In this document: positions 48,897-59,140 of the stretch, piece after piece | Position numbering within the stretch: the stretch's first letter is position 1 | Layout: every line of letters starts with the position of its first letter | Position numbers and translations under genes: made by a program | DNA from: Planctomycetota bacterium | GTDB lineage: Bacteria; Planctomycetota; GCA-002687715; CAIWVZ01 | Reading direction: 5' to 3' | NCBI GenBank assembly: GCA_044222185.1 | Contig: JBGANV010000012.1 | Span: 64,001-128,000 of the forward strand | Length of the DNA stretch: 64,000 nt | Notes under the pieces: generated by a model | Seen by the model: only the letters and a program-made list of their open reading frames with translations | Databases searched by the model: none | What the model was told of the DNA's origin: nothing

Positions 48897-49427
48897 TCAG
48901 CGCGCGCGCTTGGGCTTCCGACTCGGCGGCGCCGCTTTCGCAGTCTTCTTTGCGCGTTGGGCCCGCTGCTTTTGTTCGTCGGCCTTGATGATCGTCGGGC
49001 CCTTCGCGCCCGGGTCGAGGTTCACCTTGCCGAGCTTCAACGCCGCTGTGATCAGCGCCTCGATCTCCGGCCGGTCGAAATCCGCGATGGACGTCATCGC
49101 GATGTGCCGCACTCCCGGGCCGCGGCCTTGGAGCAGCTTGTTCGGATCCGCCTTCGACAACTGCTCGCCGCCCGTGAAGAACAGCTTCACCTCCGTCGGG
49201 TAGACCGAAAGCGCGCATACTCCGTTCGCGCCGGCCTCGGTCGTCGAGTAGGAGAAGACGAGCGACTCCTGTCTCTCGTAGACGTACACGAGCTCGAGCA
49301 GACTGGAGAGCCTGGCCCGTAGCTTCGCGCGCAGCGCCTTGCCGAGCTTGGATCTCGCCGCGTCGTACTTCGCGAAGAAGCTCGCCACGCGTGTTTCGGG
49401 GTCCGCCGCGCTTTTTTCGTCAGCCAT
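48897..49427 (-). CDS. DUF1801/YdhG-like protein
   Basis: ELVYVY...VFSYS...VKLFFTGG...DPNKLLQGRGPGVRHI. Basic tail. Confidence 0.65.
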   Translation of the reverse strand: MADEKSAADPETRVASFFAKYDAARSKLGKALRAKLRARLSSLLELVYVYERQESLVFSYSTTEAGANGVCALSVYPTEVKLFFTGGEQLSKADPNKLLQGRGPGVRHIAMTSIADFDRPEIEALITAALKLGKVNLDPGAKGPTIIKADEQKQRAQRAKKTAKAAPPSRKPKRAR

Positions 49428-49661
49428 GGTGGGAACCGTATCGGTCGTCCGCGCGATTGTCCACGCGACGTTCGGTAAGTGACCGAGCTGCGGAGCGCCC
49501 GAAAGCCGGAAGGCTGAGCGACACGCGTCGATCGCGAGGTTGGCGGCCCGCTTCACGGGGATCGAGCCGATCCGAACTCCCTCGAGGGATGCCGTTGGTC
49601 GCCGGGCGCGTTTCGCCCGATGGCCGCCGTCGCCGGCCCCGGTACCCTATCCACCTTCACG

Positions 49662-50450
49662 ATGGAGATTCGCGTGGCCCCGTTCAGACTCGACGGCAAG
49701 GTGGCGGTGGTGACAGGTGCGGGCTCAGGGATCGGGCGGAGCATCGCTCGACTGTTCGCGGCCCAGGGGGCGAAGGTTGCCGTCGTCGATTTGGACGCTG
49801 CTGCGGCCGAGTCGACGGCCTCGTCGATCGTCGGCGATGGCTTCGCTGCCTCCGCATTCGCGTGTGACGTCGCGGACGTCGCGCGCGTCGCCTCCACCTT
49901 CGACGAAATCTGCGCTCGCCTCGGCGGGCTCCACATCCTCGTGAACAACGCGGGTGTGGCGCACGTCGGGAATGTCGAGAACACGACCGAGGCCGATCTC
50001 GACCGCATCTACCGCGTGAACGTGAAGGGCGTGTTCGCGTGCGCGCAGGCGGCCGTCCAGAAGATGCTGGCCGGCGGCGGGGGCGTGATCCTCAACATGG
50101 CGTCGATCGCCTCTCTGATCGGCGTCGAGGACCGGTTCGCCTACTCCATGAGCAAGGGCGCCGTGCTGACGATGACCTACTCGCTCGCCATCGACTACAT
50201 GACGAGGAAGATCCGGTGCAACTGCATCTGCCCGGCGCGCATCCACACTCCCTTCGTCGACGGGTACCTGGCTCGCAACTACCCGGGTCGGGAGGCGGAG
50301 ATGTTCAAGAAACTCTCCGAGTACCAGCCCATCGGCCGCATGGGCGAGCCCGACGAGGTCGCCGCCATGGCGCTCTACCTCTGTTCCGACGAGGCGTCGT
50401 TCGTGACAGGCCAGGCATTCCCGCTCGACGGCGGCGTGCTCGTGAAGTAG
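49662..50450 (+). CDS. SDR oxidoreductase (2-keto-3-deoxy-sugar-acid dehydrogenase-like)
   Basis: TGAGSGIG, NNAG, YSMSKGAV, CPARIHTPFVDG, QPIGRMG. Confidence 0.9.
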   Translation: MEIRVAPFRLDGKVAVVTGAGSGIGRSIARLFAAQGAKVAVVDLDAAAAESTASSIVGDGFAASAFACDVADVARVASTFDEICARLGGLHILVNNAGVAHVGNVENTTEADLDRIYRVNVKGVFACAQAAVQKMLAGGGGVILNMASIASLIGVEDRFAYSMSKGAVLTMTYSLAIDYMTRKIRCNCICPARIHTPFVDGYLARNYPGREAEMFKKLSEYQPIGRMGEPDEVAAMALYLCSDEASFVTGQAFPLDGGVLVK

Positions 50451-50510
50451 AAGGCGGGCCCCGTGTGCGGCTCCGCTGCCGCGCACCCGTCATTCCTCCA
50501 GGAGCCCAGA

Positions 50511-51365
50511 GTGAAGCTCGCCCGATTCGGACTCGTGGGAAACGAACGACCCGCCGTCGTGCTGGACGACGGCACGCGCGTCGACGTTTCCTCGTTCGGT
50601 GAAGACTGGAACGAGGCGTTCTTCGGAAGCGACGGTCCGAGCCGTCTCGCGCAGTGGTTGCCGGCACGGATCAAGTCGCTGCCGCGGGTCCCCGGCGGCC
50701 TCCGCTGGGCGTCGGCCGTGGCCCGTCCGAGCAAGATCGTCTGCATCGGGTTGAACTACATCGACCACGCACGCGAGACCGGCGCAGAGCCACCGAAGGA
50801 GCCGGTGCTGTTCTTCAAGTCGACGACGGCGGTCGCCGGGCCCTGCGACGACCTGGTCTACCCGCGAGGCGGAACGAAGGTCGACTACGAAGTCGAGCTC
50901 GCCGTCGTCATCGGCAAGGCAGCCCGTTACGTGGACGCAGACCGCGCCCTCGACCACGTCGCGGGCTTCGCGCTCCACAACGACTACTCGGAGCGTTCAT
51001 TCCAGCTCGAGCGCGGTGGCCAATGGGTGAAGGGCAAGAGCTGCGACACCTTCGCTCCCATCGGGCCCTGGATGCTGACTCGGGATTGCTGCCCGGAGTA
51101 TCGCAGCCTCGCCATGTGGCTGGACGTCAACGGTGCTCGACGCCAGACCGGCACCACGGCGAACATGATCTTCGACGTCCCAGCGCTCGTGAGCTACGTC
51201 TCGCAGTTCATGACGCTGCTCCCGGGCGACGTGATCAGCACGGGGACTCCGCCGGGCGTCGGTCTTGGAATGAAGCCGCCGACCTACCTCGAGGTCGGTG
51301 ACGTCGTCGCGTGCGGGATCGTCGGACTGGGCGAGCAGCGCCAGCGGGTCACGAAGGAAGCGTGA
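50511..51365 (+). CDS. Fumarylacetoacetate hydrolase family protein
   Basis: KIVCIGLNY, EPVLFFK, DYEVEL, NDYSER, QWVKGKSCDTF, PGDVISTGTP. GGAG + GTG 50511. Confidence 0.92.
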   Translation: MKLARFGLVGNERPAVVLDDGTRVDVSSFGEDWNEAFFGSDGPSRLAQWLPARIKSLPRVPGGLRWASAVARPSKIVCIGLNYIDHARETGAEPPKEPVLFFKSTTAVAGPCDDLVYPRGGTKVDYEVELAVVIGKAARYVDADRALDHVAGFALHNDYSERSFQLERGGQWVKGKSCDTFAPIGPWMLTRDCCPEYRSLAMWLDVNGARRQTGTTANMIFDVPALVSYVSQFMTLLPGDVISTGTPPGVGLGMKPPTYLEVGDVVACGIVGLGEQRQRVTKEA

Positions 51366-51399
51366 GCCGTCCGCAGCGGACGGCGGGGGAGTCACACCC

Positions 51400-52503
51400 A
51401 TGTCTTTGAAGATCACGGACGTCTCCACGATGTTGCTGCGGGTTCCGTTGAAGCAGCGCACGATCACCGATTCGCAGAGCACGGTCGACGTGGTCGAGTT
51501 CATGCAGGTTCGGATCGCGACGGACGCCGGCATCACGGGGTTCGGGATGAACTGGAGCTACACGACCGGTCTACATGCCGCCCAGGTGATGGTCGACGAG
51601 AACTACAAGCCGGTGCTGCTCGGACAGGACGCGACGTTCCGGCGCGAGCTCGTGCGCAGGATGTTCTTCACCAATCACTTCGTGGGGCGCGTGGGCGCTG
51701 CGCGAGTCGGCATCGCCGCCGTCGAATTTGCGCTGTGGGACATCGCGTGCAAGCGCGCGGGGCTTCCGCTGTGGAAGGTCTTGGGGCCCTGCCGAGACCG
51801 AGTGAAGGCTTACAGCACCGACGGCGGCTGGCTGACGTGGAGCGTCGACGATCTCGTCCGCGACGCCACGCGACTGGTCGAGCGCGGATTCGACGCCGTG
51901 AAGATCAAGCTCGGCCGTCCCGATCCGCGCGAGGACTTGGAGCGGATTGCCGCGGTGCGGCGCGCCGTGGGGCCGAACGTCCGCATCATGACGGACGTCA
52001 ACTGCGCCTGGAGCCTCGCGACGGCACGTTTCTGGGGTGCGCGTCTCGCGGAGCACGACGTCTTCTGGCTCGAGGAGCCCATGATGCCCGAGGACGTGCG
52101 CGGTCACGCAGAGCTGGCCCATGCGATTCGCGTCCCCATCGCCGTCGGAGAGACGCTTTACACGAAGTACAGCTTCCGTGACTACATCGAGCAGGGCGCG
52201 GTGCACATCGTGCAGGCGGATGCCACCAAGCTCCTCGGCATCGACGAATGGCTGGAGGTCGCGGCACTGGCCGGAGCCTGGAACCTTCCGGTCATTCCTC
52301 ACACGAACGTGCAGCAGAAGCTCCACGTGCAACTCGCGGCGGCGACCCCCGGCGTCATGATGGTCGAGAACTGCTACGAGTCGATCCAGGACATCTGGGA
52401 GGAGCCGGTGTACGTCGTCGACGGGCATTACACGCTGCCTCAGGAGCCAGGCGTCGGCCTGAAGCTGAGAGATGCAGTCGTCGCTGCGCATCGGGTCGGC
52501 TGA
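51400..52503 (+). CDS. Mandelate racemase/enolase superfamily acid-sugar dehydratase
   Basis: ALWDI, KIK, metal ligands TDVN / WLEEP / VGET, C-terminal PH and PGVG. Confidence 0.9.
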   Translation: MSLKITDVSTMLLRVPLKQRTITDSQSTVDVVEFMQVRIATDAGITGFGMNWSYTTGLHAAQVMVDENYKPVLLGQDATFRRELVRRMFFTNHFVGRVGAARVGIAAVEFALWDIACKRAGLPLWKVLGPCRDRVKAYSTDGGWLTWSVDDLVRDATRLVERGFDAVKIKLGRPDPREDLERIAAVRRAVGPNVRIMTDVNCAWSLATARFWGARLAEHDVFWLEEPMMPEDVRGHAELAHAIRVPIAVGETLYTKYSFRDYIEQGAVHIVQADATKLLGIDEWLEVAALAGAWNLPVIPHTNVQQKLHVQLAAATPGVMMVENCYESIQDIWEEPVYVVDGHYTLPQEPGVGLKLRDAVVAAHRVG

Positions 52504-52630
52504 AGGCGCGGGGGGCGGCGCGTTCGCCGCGTAGGCACCGACTTGACGGGAGCGCGATCGTCCGGCACGATCGCGACCCGGTCCAACCGTCGTTTGCCGT
52601 GCATGTCCGCGTTCGAGATCGCCCCTGCCG

Positions 52631-54343
52631 ATGCGCCGCCCCCCCTTGCCGCCCGTCGTCGCGCTCGCACTTTCATGCCTCCTCACGGCGTGCGGTGATC
52701 GGGGCGCGTCCACCCCTTCGGCCGGCGCTGCGGCGGGACCTTCGGTGCGGACGATCTGGTTCGAGGACGAAGCGGCGGCCGCGGGCCTGGTGTTCGAGCA
52801 TCGTTCGGGCGTCGCGCGCGACAAGCGGTACATCATCGAGTCGATCGGCGCCGGCACCGCGGTGGCGGATTTCAACGGCGACGGACACCTCGACGTCTTC
52901 CTCTGCGGCGGCGGGAAGACGCCCCGTCCCGAGGCGGAGGGGCGCGACAGCGCGTTGTTCTTCGGCGACGGGAAGGGCCGCTTCACGCGATCGACGCAGG
53001 TGTTCGCAACGGACCGGGACGGCGTCGCATTCGGCGCGGTCGCGGCCGACTACGACCGTGACGGAGACATGGACCTGTTCGTGTGCCGCTGGGGCGAGAA
53101 CATCCTCTGGCGCAACGAAGGCAACGGCGACTTCGTCGACGTGACCGCGAAGGCCGGCCTGCGTGACCGCGGCTGGTCTTCCAGCGCGGCTTTCGGTGAC
53201 GTCGACGGCGACGGCTGGCTCGACCTGTACGTGGCCAAGTATCTGGACTTCGGCTCACCCCAGTCGCTCGCGCGCACCAACTGCGACTGGGCGGCAATCA
53301 AAGTCGCCTGCGGGCCAAAAGGCGAGGTGCCCGAGGCGGACCGGCTCTACCGGAACAAGGGCGACGGCACGTTCGAGGACGTCTCGGACGCCGCCGGCAT
53401 CACGAAGGAGGCCCCGCGATACGCCCTCGCCGTGATGATGACCGACATCGATAGGGACCGCGACCTCGACATCTACGTTGCGAACGATTCCATGTCGAAC
53501 GCTCTGTGGATCAACGACGGCAAGGGCCACTTCACCGACTCGGCGCTCGAGTTCGGGCTCGCGCTCTCCGCCGAGGGTGTGGCCCAGGCGAGCATGGGGA
53601 TCGCGATCGATGACATGACGGGGGACGATCGCCCCGAAGTCGTCGTGACGAACTTCGCTCGCGACTACGACACGGTGTACGTGCAGCAGGCGGACGGGAC
53701 CTTCGACGACCGGACGGATCGCTTCGGTATGGCGCAGGCCACGTGGCGTCAGCTTGCGTTCGGGATCATCAGCGAAGACTTCGATCGCGACGGGCGCTTG
53801 GACCTGTTCGTCGCCAACGGGCACGTGTACCCCGAAGTGGATCAGCATCCCGTCGATACGTCGTACTTCCAGCGATGTCAGATCTTCCGCAACGACGGCG
53901 GGCAGCGGTTCATCGACGTGTCGGATGCGTCGGGACCGGGCCTCGCGATCTCGACCGTCCACCGCGGCGCGGCGGCAGGCGACTTCGACGAGGACGGTCG
54001 CATCGATCTCGTCGTGAACGTCCTCGACGGAAAGGCCGAGCTCCTCATGAACCGTTCCGAGCGACTCGGACATTGGGTCGCGGTGCGCGTTCGCGGGCGG
54101 CCCGGAGTGAGTGACCTGACTTGCGTGGGGGCACGCGTGGCGGTCGAAAGTGGAGGGCGCACGCTCACGCGCGAGATCCGAGCCGGCGGGTCGTTCGCGT
54201 CGTGCAGTGGAAGCGACGTGTTCTTCGGTCTGGGTTCGGCGCGCATCGATTCCATCGTCGTTTCGTTCCCCGATGGACGTGTGATCAAACGCCACGACGC
54301 GGGCGCGGATCAGGTGGTCCTTTTCGAGCGAGGTGGGCCGTGA
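52631..54343 (+). CDS. CRTAC1/ASPIC-UnbV family FG-GAP lipoprotein
   Basis: Lipobox LTAC. DxDxDG repeats, ANGHVYPEVD, RGAAAGDFDEDG. UnbV-type VGARV...GGSFAS...FGLG. Confidence 0.9.
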   Translation: MRRPPLPPVVALALSCLLTACGDRGASTPSAGAAAGPSVRTIWFEDEAAAAGLVFEHRSGVARDKRYIIESIGAGTAVADFNGDGHLDVFLCGGGKTPRPEAEGRDSALFFGDGKGRFTRSTQVFATDRDGVAFGAVAADYDRDGDMDLFVCRWGENILWRNEGNGDFVDVTAKAGLRDRGWSSSAAFGDVDGDGWLDLYVAKYLDFGSPQSLARTNCDWAAIKVACGPKGEVPEADRLYRNKGDGTFEDVSDAAGITKEAPRYALAVMMTDIDRDRDLDIYVANDSMSNALWINDGKGHFTDSALEFGLALSAEGVAQASMGIAIDDMTGDDRPEVVVTNFARDYDTVYVQQADGTFDDRTDRFGMAQATWRQLAFGIISEDFDRDGRLDLFVANGHVYPEVDQHPVDTSYFQRCQIFRNDGGQRFIDVSDASGPGLAISTVHRGAAAGDFDEDGRIDLVVNVLDGKAELLMNRSERLGHWVAVRVRGRPGVSDLTCVGARVAVESGGRTLTREIRAGGSFASCSGSDVFFGLGSARIDSIVVSFPDGRVIKRHDAGADQVVLFERGGP

Positions 54344-55290
54344 CGCGCGTCGAAACGCTCGCCGTCACCCTGGGGCTGCTGATCTTGGTCACGCAGCCCA
54401 CCGCGTCCCAAGCGCCGTCTCCCGAAGAGACGGCCGCGGCACAGCGGATCGTCGCAATGGTGAACGACGGGTCTGCGGCCTTGCGCGGCGGGCGCGTCGA
54501 CGACGGGCGCCGCATCATCGGGCAGGCGGCGGCATTCGCGGGCGCCGATCGCCGGAGGTTGCGGATCCTCGCGTCGGCGCTCCTCGACGCGTCGCAGCCG
54601 GAGCTCGCCATCCAGGTCGCGCAGCAGGCATCGCGCGTCGCGCCCGATGACGCACTCCTCTCCGGAGTCCTCGGACTCGCGCGCCACCAGCTCCGGCGAT
54701 ACGCGGAGGCCGTCACTGCGCTCACGGAAGCCGTGAGACTCGCGCCAAGGGAGCCGAAATGGCTGATTTCGCTGGCGCGCAGCCACATCTACACGAACGA
54801 GGAGACGTTGGCGCTCGAGGAGATCCAGCGCGCGCTCAAGCTGGCTCCTGATTCGCTCGACGCGCTCGCTGTACGAGCTGAATGCGAATATCGCAACGCG
54901 CGCTACGAGGCCTGCGAGGCGACGGCGCGCGAAGTCGTCGGCCGCGACGCCAGAAGTCGCCTGTGCTGGCAACTCCTCGTGCGCGCGCAGCGAACGCGTG
55001 GGCGCACCGACGCCGCGATCGAATCGGCGGCATCGGCGTTGAAGGCGATCGGTGACGACGGCGAGTTGCTCGTCGAATACGGCGTGGCGCTGCTCGATGC
55101 CGGACGCTTGGACGAGGCCGCAAAGCGCCTCGAAGCGGCGCAGGTCATGTTGCCGAAGGAGCCGCGCATCCCCATGCACCTCGCGAAGGTCTACACGCGC
55201 CAGGGTGCAAAGGACAAAGCCGCCGAAGCGCGGAAGGTTTGGCTCAAGCTCGCCAACGAGGCGAAGGCGTCGGAGTCGCGCCCGGGCTGA
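54340..55290 (+). CDS. Exported TPR-repeat protein
   Basis: GTGA overlap with the upstream gene. Signal-like N-terminus. Repeated A..A...AP...L helical units. Confidence 0.82.
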   Translation: MTRVETLAVTLGLLILVTQPTASQAPSPEETAAAQRIVAMVNDGSAALRGGRVDDGRRIIGQAAAFAGADRRRLRILASALLDASQPELAIQVAQQASRVAPDDALLSGVLGLARHQLRRYAEAVTALTEAVRLAPREPKWLISLARSHIYTNEETLALEEIQRALKLAPDSLDALAVRAECEYRNARYEACEATAREVVGRDARSRLCWQLLVRAQRTRGRTDAAIESAASALKAIGDDGELLVEYGVALLDAGRLDEAAKRLEAAQVMLPKEPRIPMHLAKVYTRQGAKDKAAEARKVWLKLANEAKASESRPG

Positions 55291-55372
55291 AGTCTGCTGG
55301 CGCGCGCGCACGGCGGGCTGAGATACACTCCTCGACGTCGGGTTCTCCGTGCGCACCTCACAGGAGTCGTTC

Positions 55373-56275
55373 ATGCCGCGTGTCGTCCTCGCCCTTCGCG
55401 TCGCCGCCGCCGTCGGAGTGCTCGCGCTCGCCGCGTGTTCCGAGCGCGCGGCATACCAGGTCAAGCTCTCGCGACCGGTCGCCGTCGGAGCGCGCATGGG
55501 GGTTCGATACACCTGGTCCTCGGATACCCACGTCGTCGTCACGATCGGCGGCAAGAAGGCGCAGCAAACGGACGAGACGATGCACGCCGACATCGCGGGC
55601 GTGATGGACGTCCTCGCCGTCAACGCCCTGGGCGATCCGACCAGATTCACGGTGACCGTCGAAAAGGGGAGCCTGGTGAAGAAGGGCGGGGCCAAGGTCG
55701 CGATGCGCGCCGGACAGGTCCTGATCGCCGAGAGCCAGGGCGATCGCGATACCGTCACGTGGAAGGACGGGGCTCTCGATCCGGATGACGCCGCCATTCT
55801 GGCCGACGCCTTCAACCCCGCGGCGGACACGCGGCCTGTCGACGACGACGCGTTCCTCGGCACCCGCGAGCGCGTGGAGGTCGGCGCAACTTGGCCCCTC
55901 GACCCGCGCACGGTCGTCGGCGAGCTCGCGCGATCGAAGGTCGAGGCGAAGTCGGAGAACGTCCGCGGTGCGGGACGGCTGGTCGGTCTCGACTCTCCCA
56001 CGCATCCGGGCTGGATGTTGGTGGGGGCCGAGTTGGAAGCGAAGGACGTGAGCTTCCCGCTGCCGGAGCAATTGGCGACGTTTGCGCGTGAGGCGAGCGA
56101 GATACGCGTCCAGTTCCAGGGCAGACTTCCCATGGACCCGTCCGCACCTGCGCTGGAACGCGGCTCGGAAATGACGGTGACGGCGCGACTTCGCCAGGTC
56201 GGCCCCAAGGGCGAGACGGTGTATGAGTTGAAACGGGTGAAGAAGGCCGCGGTGGTGTACACGTCGCCCAGGTAG
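55373..56275 (+). CDS. Hypothetical lipoprotein
   Basis: AGGAG RBS, lipobox LAAC, beta-rich body. Confidence 0.75.
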   Translation: MPRVVLALRVAAAVGVLALAACSERAAYQVKLSRPVAVGARMGVRYTWSSDTHVVVTIGGKKAQQTDETMHADIAGVMDVLAVNALGDPTRFTVTVEKGSLVKKGGAKVAMRAGQVLIAESQGDRDTVTWKDGALDPDDAAILADAFNPAADTRPVDDDAFLGTRERVEVGATWPLDPRTVVGELARSKVEAKSENVRGAGRLVGLDSPTHPGWMLVGAELEAKDVSFPLPEQLATFAREASEIRVQFQGRLPMDPSAPALERGSEMTVTARLRQVGPKGETVYELKRVKKAAVVYTSPR

Positions 56276-56964
56276 GCGGGCGACTCCCACCGGATTCACG
56301 ATCGGTCCACCGGGACGGGAACCCGGGCCTTCGGCCGTGCGCCCGGTGGTGAGCGTCACGAGGTGACGCCTCGAGGTGGGTTCGTGCGCGGGGCGTGGTG
56401 CAGGCGTCGCGCCCGGAGCCGTGAGGTGCCAGGAGGCGGTTCTCGCTTCGAGCTCTCACCCTCTCGCGTGTGGGCCCGGCCTCGAGTCGAGCGACCAGCC
56501 AGTACGTTCCGACGTCGTCGGAGCGGTCGAGCGGCGCCACGTGGCATCGACGCCGGTGCTGTCGACCCCGACTTGCGTGGATGGTTCGGTCACGGGCTCG
56601 ACCTTCCGACGGCGCAACGACGGGGCCGGATCGCCGCCGAAGTCCGCCCCGTCATTGGCGTCCGCAACTCGTTGCAGCACTTCTTCCCACGGGCCGTCAC
56701 TCGTGGCCGACACGCTGGGGCGCGGGTCACCGGCCGGCGCTCCAGGGAGGGGTAGTACGGTCGCTTCGGGCGGACCGGCCCTGCGCACGCCTGCCGCCCC
56801 CTGCGAAAGAAAACTCGGTGGCGCGCCACAACTCGCGCCGCGCCGTTTCGCGGGGTCATCGAGCCGCATTGCCGATTTCGGCGGCGATCGGTGGGTTCAT
56901 TGCCGCGCCCTCTCGCTCCGGACCGGCGTCCGCACCGCGGAGTCTTGTGGCGTACACTCGGCCA

Positions 56965-56994
56965 TTGACAACGCGCAGAGTCCCCCCATAAGCT
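56965..56994 (+). promoter_or_regulatory. Sigma-70-like promoter
   Basis: Perfect TTGACA, N18, TAAGCT, about 120 nt upstream of ATG 57117. Confidence 0.6.
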
Positions 56995-57116
56995 TCCCCC
57001 TCGGTTCTGGAACGAAGTTCGCCGTTTTGATCTGTGCGAGTCAACGAGGCTGCATCAATCACACCCGGTCGAGAGTCCGGCGTGCAGCTTCGTCTTCACC
57101 CAAGGAGTGTTTCCCG

Positions 57117-58796
57117 ATGAGAATGTCATCTCTCTCGATGGCCCGAACGGTCGTTGCGGTCGCACTTGCCGCGACGCTCGGCCTCGCCCAGGGTTCAGCC
57201 TGCGGCACGCAGTTGTTCGTCAGCAACACCGGTGGCAACGGCCAGAACGGTGTCATGTTCGACCTCGTGAATACGTCGGCGACCCCGCTGACGATCTGCG
57301 GATTCGACGTCAACCTGGATCCGGGCACCTTCCCCGCGCAGACGTGGTTCGTGACGGCCGGTGGGTCGCACCAGCCCGTCGCGTCGAATGCTGCGGCCTG
57401 GACGCTCGCGTCATCTGGCTCCGTGACGTCGCTCGGCACGTCGACGACCGGCGCGGGCAACGTGCTGACGCCGTTCCCGGCGATCAGTGTGACCATCGCA
57501 CCCGGCGCGACGCAGGGCTTCGCCGTCAGCCTCGGCTCGACCGCGACGACTCTCAACTACACGACCGGTGCCGCAGCCACGAGCGTCGGCGCCGTGTTCA
57601 CGTCGGATGCGAACCTCCAGTTCGTCATCGGATTCGGCAAGGCGTATCTCGCGGCGTCGAACGGTCCGTTCGGCGGGAGCTTCGGTTCCACGACGACCGG
57701 CGGTCGCATCGCCAACATCCGCGTCGGTTACACGGTTGCCGGCGGATCGCCGCTCTGGCAGATCAACGGGCCCGGGTCGACGTTCGACGTCAACGGCATT
57801 GCGACGAGTTCGGCGTTCGGCCTCAACTTCGCGACGGCGACTGGCGTCCCCTGCGTCCCGAACGCTGCGAACATCTCGTCGACGAACGTCGGCCTGGGCT
57901 GGGACCTCGTCATCGGCGGAGCCGTTCCGGTCTCGTCGACTGGCGGTGGTCTGACGACGCCAGGTGGACAGATCCTGAACATCAGCCTCGCGGATCCGAC
58001 GGTGAGCTTCCTGTTCGGGCTCACGTTCGCGGTTCCGTTCGCCAATGCCTCGCTGCCCTTCGGCGCCCCCGTCGGGTTCGCGCTCTCCGCGCAGATGGTG
58101 AATCTCGCGCCGTCGAACCCTGACGGATTCGCGCTGTCGGCCTGCACGCGATTCCAGCAGGTTGCGCCGCCGACTTCGTTCACTGGGCCCTCGGGCGACG
58201 ATGCGACGGTGACCCTGTCGTTGGGCGGCGCTCCGAACTGCATCCCGGCGATCCCGTTCTACGGCGTGCTCCAAACGACGATGCACGTCAGCACGAACGG
58301 CCGCGTTCAGCTCGGCGGGACGGCCAACGCGGCGTTCACGCCGTCAGTCGTGACGGCTCAGTCCGAAGGCATGGTTGGTTGCTGGACCGACATGAACACC
58401 GCGACGAACACGCCGAACGGCACGATCACGATCGATGACTCGATCGCCGGCATCGTCAGCGTGAACTACGCGAACGTCGGCTACTTCGGGCAGGCTGGCA
58501 CGCTCAACACGTTCCAGATCGTGTTCGACGCCAGCACGGGCGTTGTGACGCTCGCCAACATCAGCGGCCTCGGTGCGCAGCTGGTGGGCAGCACCCTCAA
58601 CATGTTCACGGGCATCTCGAAGGGTGGCGGCGCCACGGACCCGGGTGCGGCGGCATTCGCACCGCTCTCGTCGGGCATCACGGGTAACGGAACGGACATG
58701 CTCTACCTGTTCGCGACGGCCCCGGCGAACGGAGGATGCGCGAACATCTTCTTCACGCCGAACGCCTTCGGCAACTACGACTGGACGTCGAACTGA
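57117..58796 (+). CDS. Secreted multidomain protein (internal CTD-like module, C-terminal nidogen/NIDO-like region)
   Basis: AAGGAG RBS. Signal ending LGLA-Q. NGQNGVMFD N-domain. GDDAT...IPFYG...VSTNG...WTDM...NTFQIVF. Confidence 0.8.
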   Translation: MRMSSLSMARTVVAVALAATLGLAQGSACGTQLFVSNTGGNGQNGVMFDLVNTSATPLTICGFDVNLDPGTFPAQTWFVTAGGSHQPVASNAAAWTLASSGSVTSLGTSTTGAGNVLTPFPAISVTIAPGATQGFAVSLGSTATTLNYTTGAAATSVGAVFTSDANLQFVIGFGKAYLAASNGPFGGSFGSTTTGGRIANIRVGYTVAGGSPLWQINGPGSTFDVNGIATSSAFGLNFATATGVPCVPNAANISSTNVGLGWDLVIGGAVPVSSTGGGLTTPGGQILNISLADPTVSFLFGLTFAVPFANASLPFGAPVGFALSAQMVNLAPSNPDGFALSACTRFQQVAPPTSFTGPSGDDATVTLSLGGAPNCIPAIPFYGVLQTTMHVSTNGRVQLGGTANAAFTPSVVTAQSEGMVGCWTDMNTATNTPNGTITIDDSIAGIVSVNYANVGYFGQAGTLNTFQIVFDASTGVVTLANISGLGAQLVGSTLNMFTGISKGGGATDPGAAAFAPLSSGITGNGTDMLYLFATAPANGGCANIFFTPNAFGNYDWTSN

Positions 58797-58818
58797 ACGT
58801 CTGAGTCCCGCTCGATGC

Positions 58819-58855
58819 GAAACCGCGGCGCACCTCGCCGCGGTTTCTTTTTTTT
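58819..58855 (+). terminator. Rho-independent terminator
   Basis: GAAACCGCGGCG-cacct-CGCCGCGGTTTC 12-bp stem followed by T8. Confidence 0.9.
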
Positions 58856-59140
58856 GCGACGTCCGGGCGCCGCGCGATCGTTGCCGATCGATTCGCGGCG
58901 GACGCTCCCTCCAATGCCGGCCGGGCTGGGACTCACTCGACCGCCGAGCGACCGGATGGGGCGGAGGTGCCCGATCCGAGTGGCCTGAACATGCTGCGCG
59001 ACGCGGGAGGATCAGGCGGTCGCAAGCGGTCCCGCGCTGATCCGCGGGTTGCGCTGTCTGGTCTGCGCGAGCCGCGGGGCGAGTCCGCCGGTCGCCACCG
59101 CGAAGGCCCACGCCGTGGTGCGCGGCGGTCCGCGGCGTCG

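Noticed and set aside
56276-56960. Possible gene relic on the minus strand (GTYWLVARLEAG, GPWEEVLQRV)
   Set aside because: The fragments are too short and in different frames, and cannot be supported without a search.
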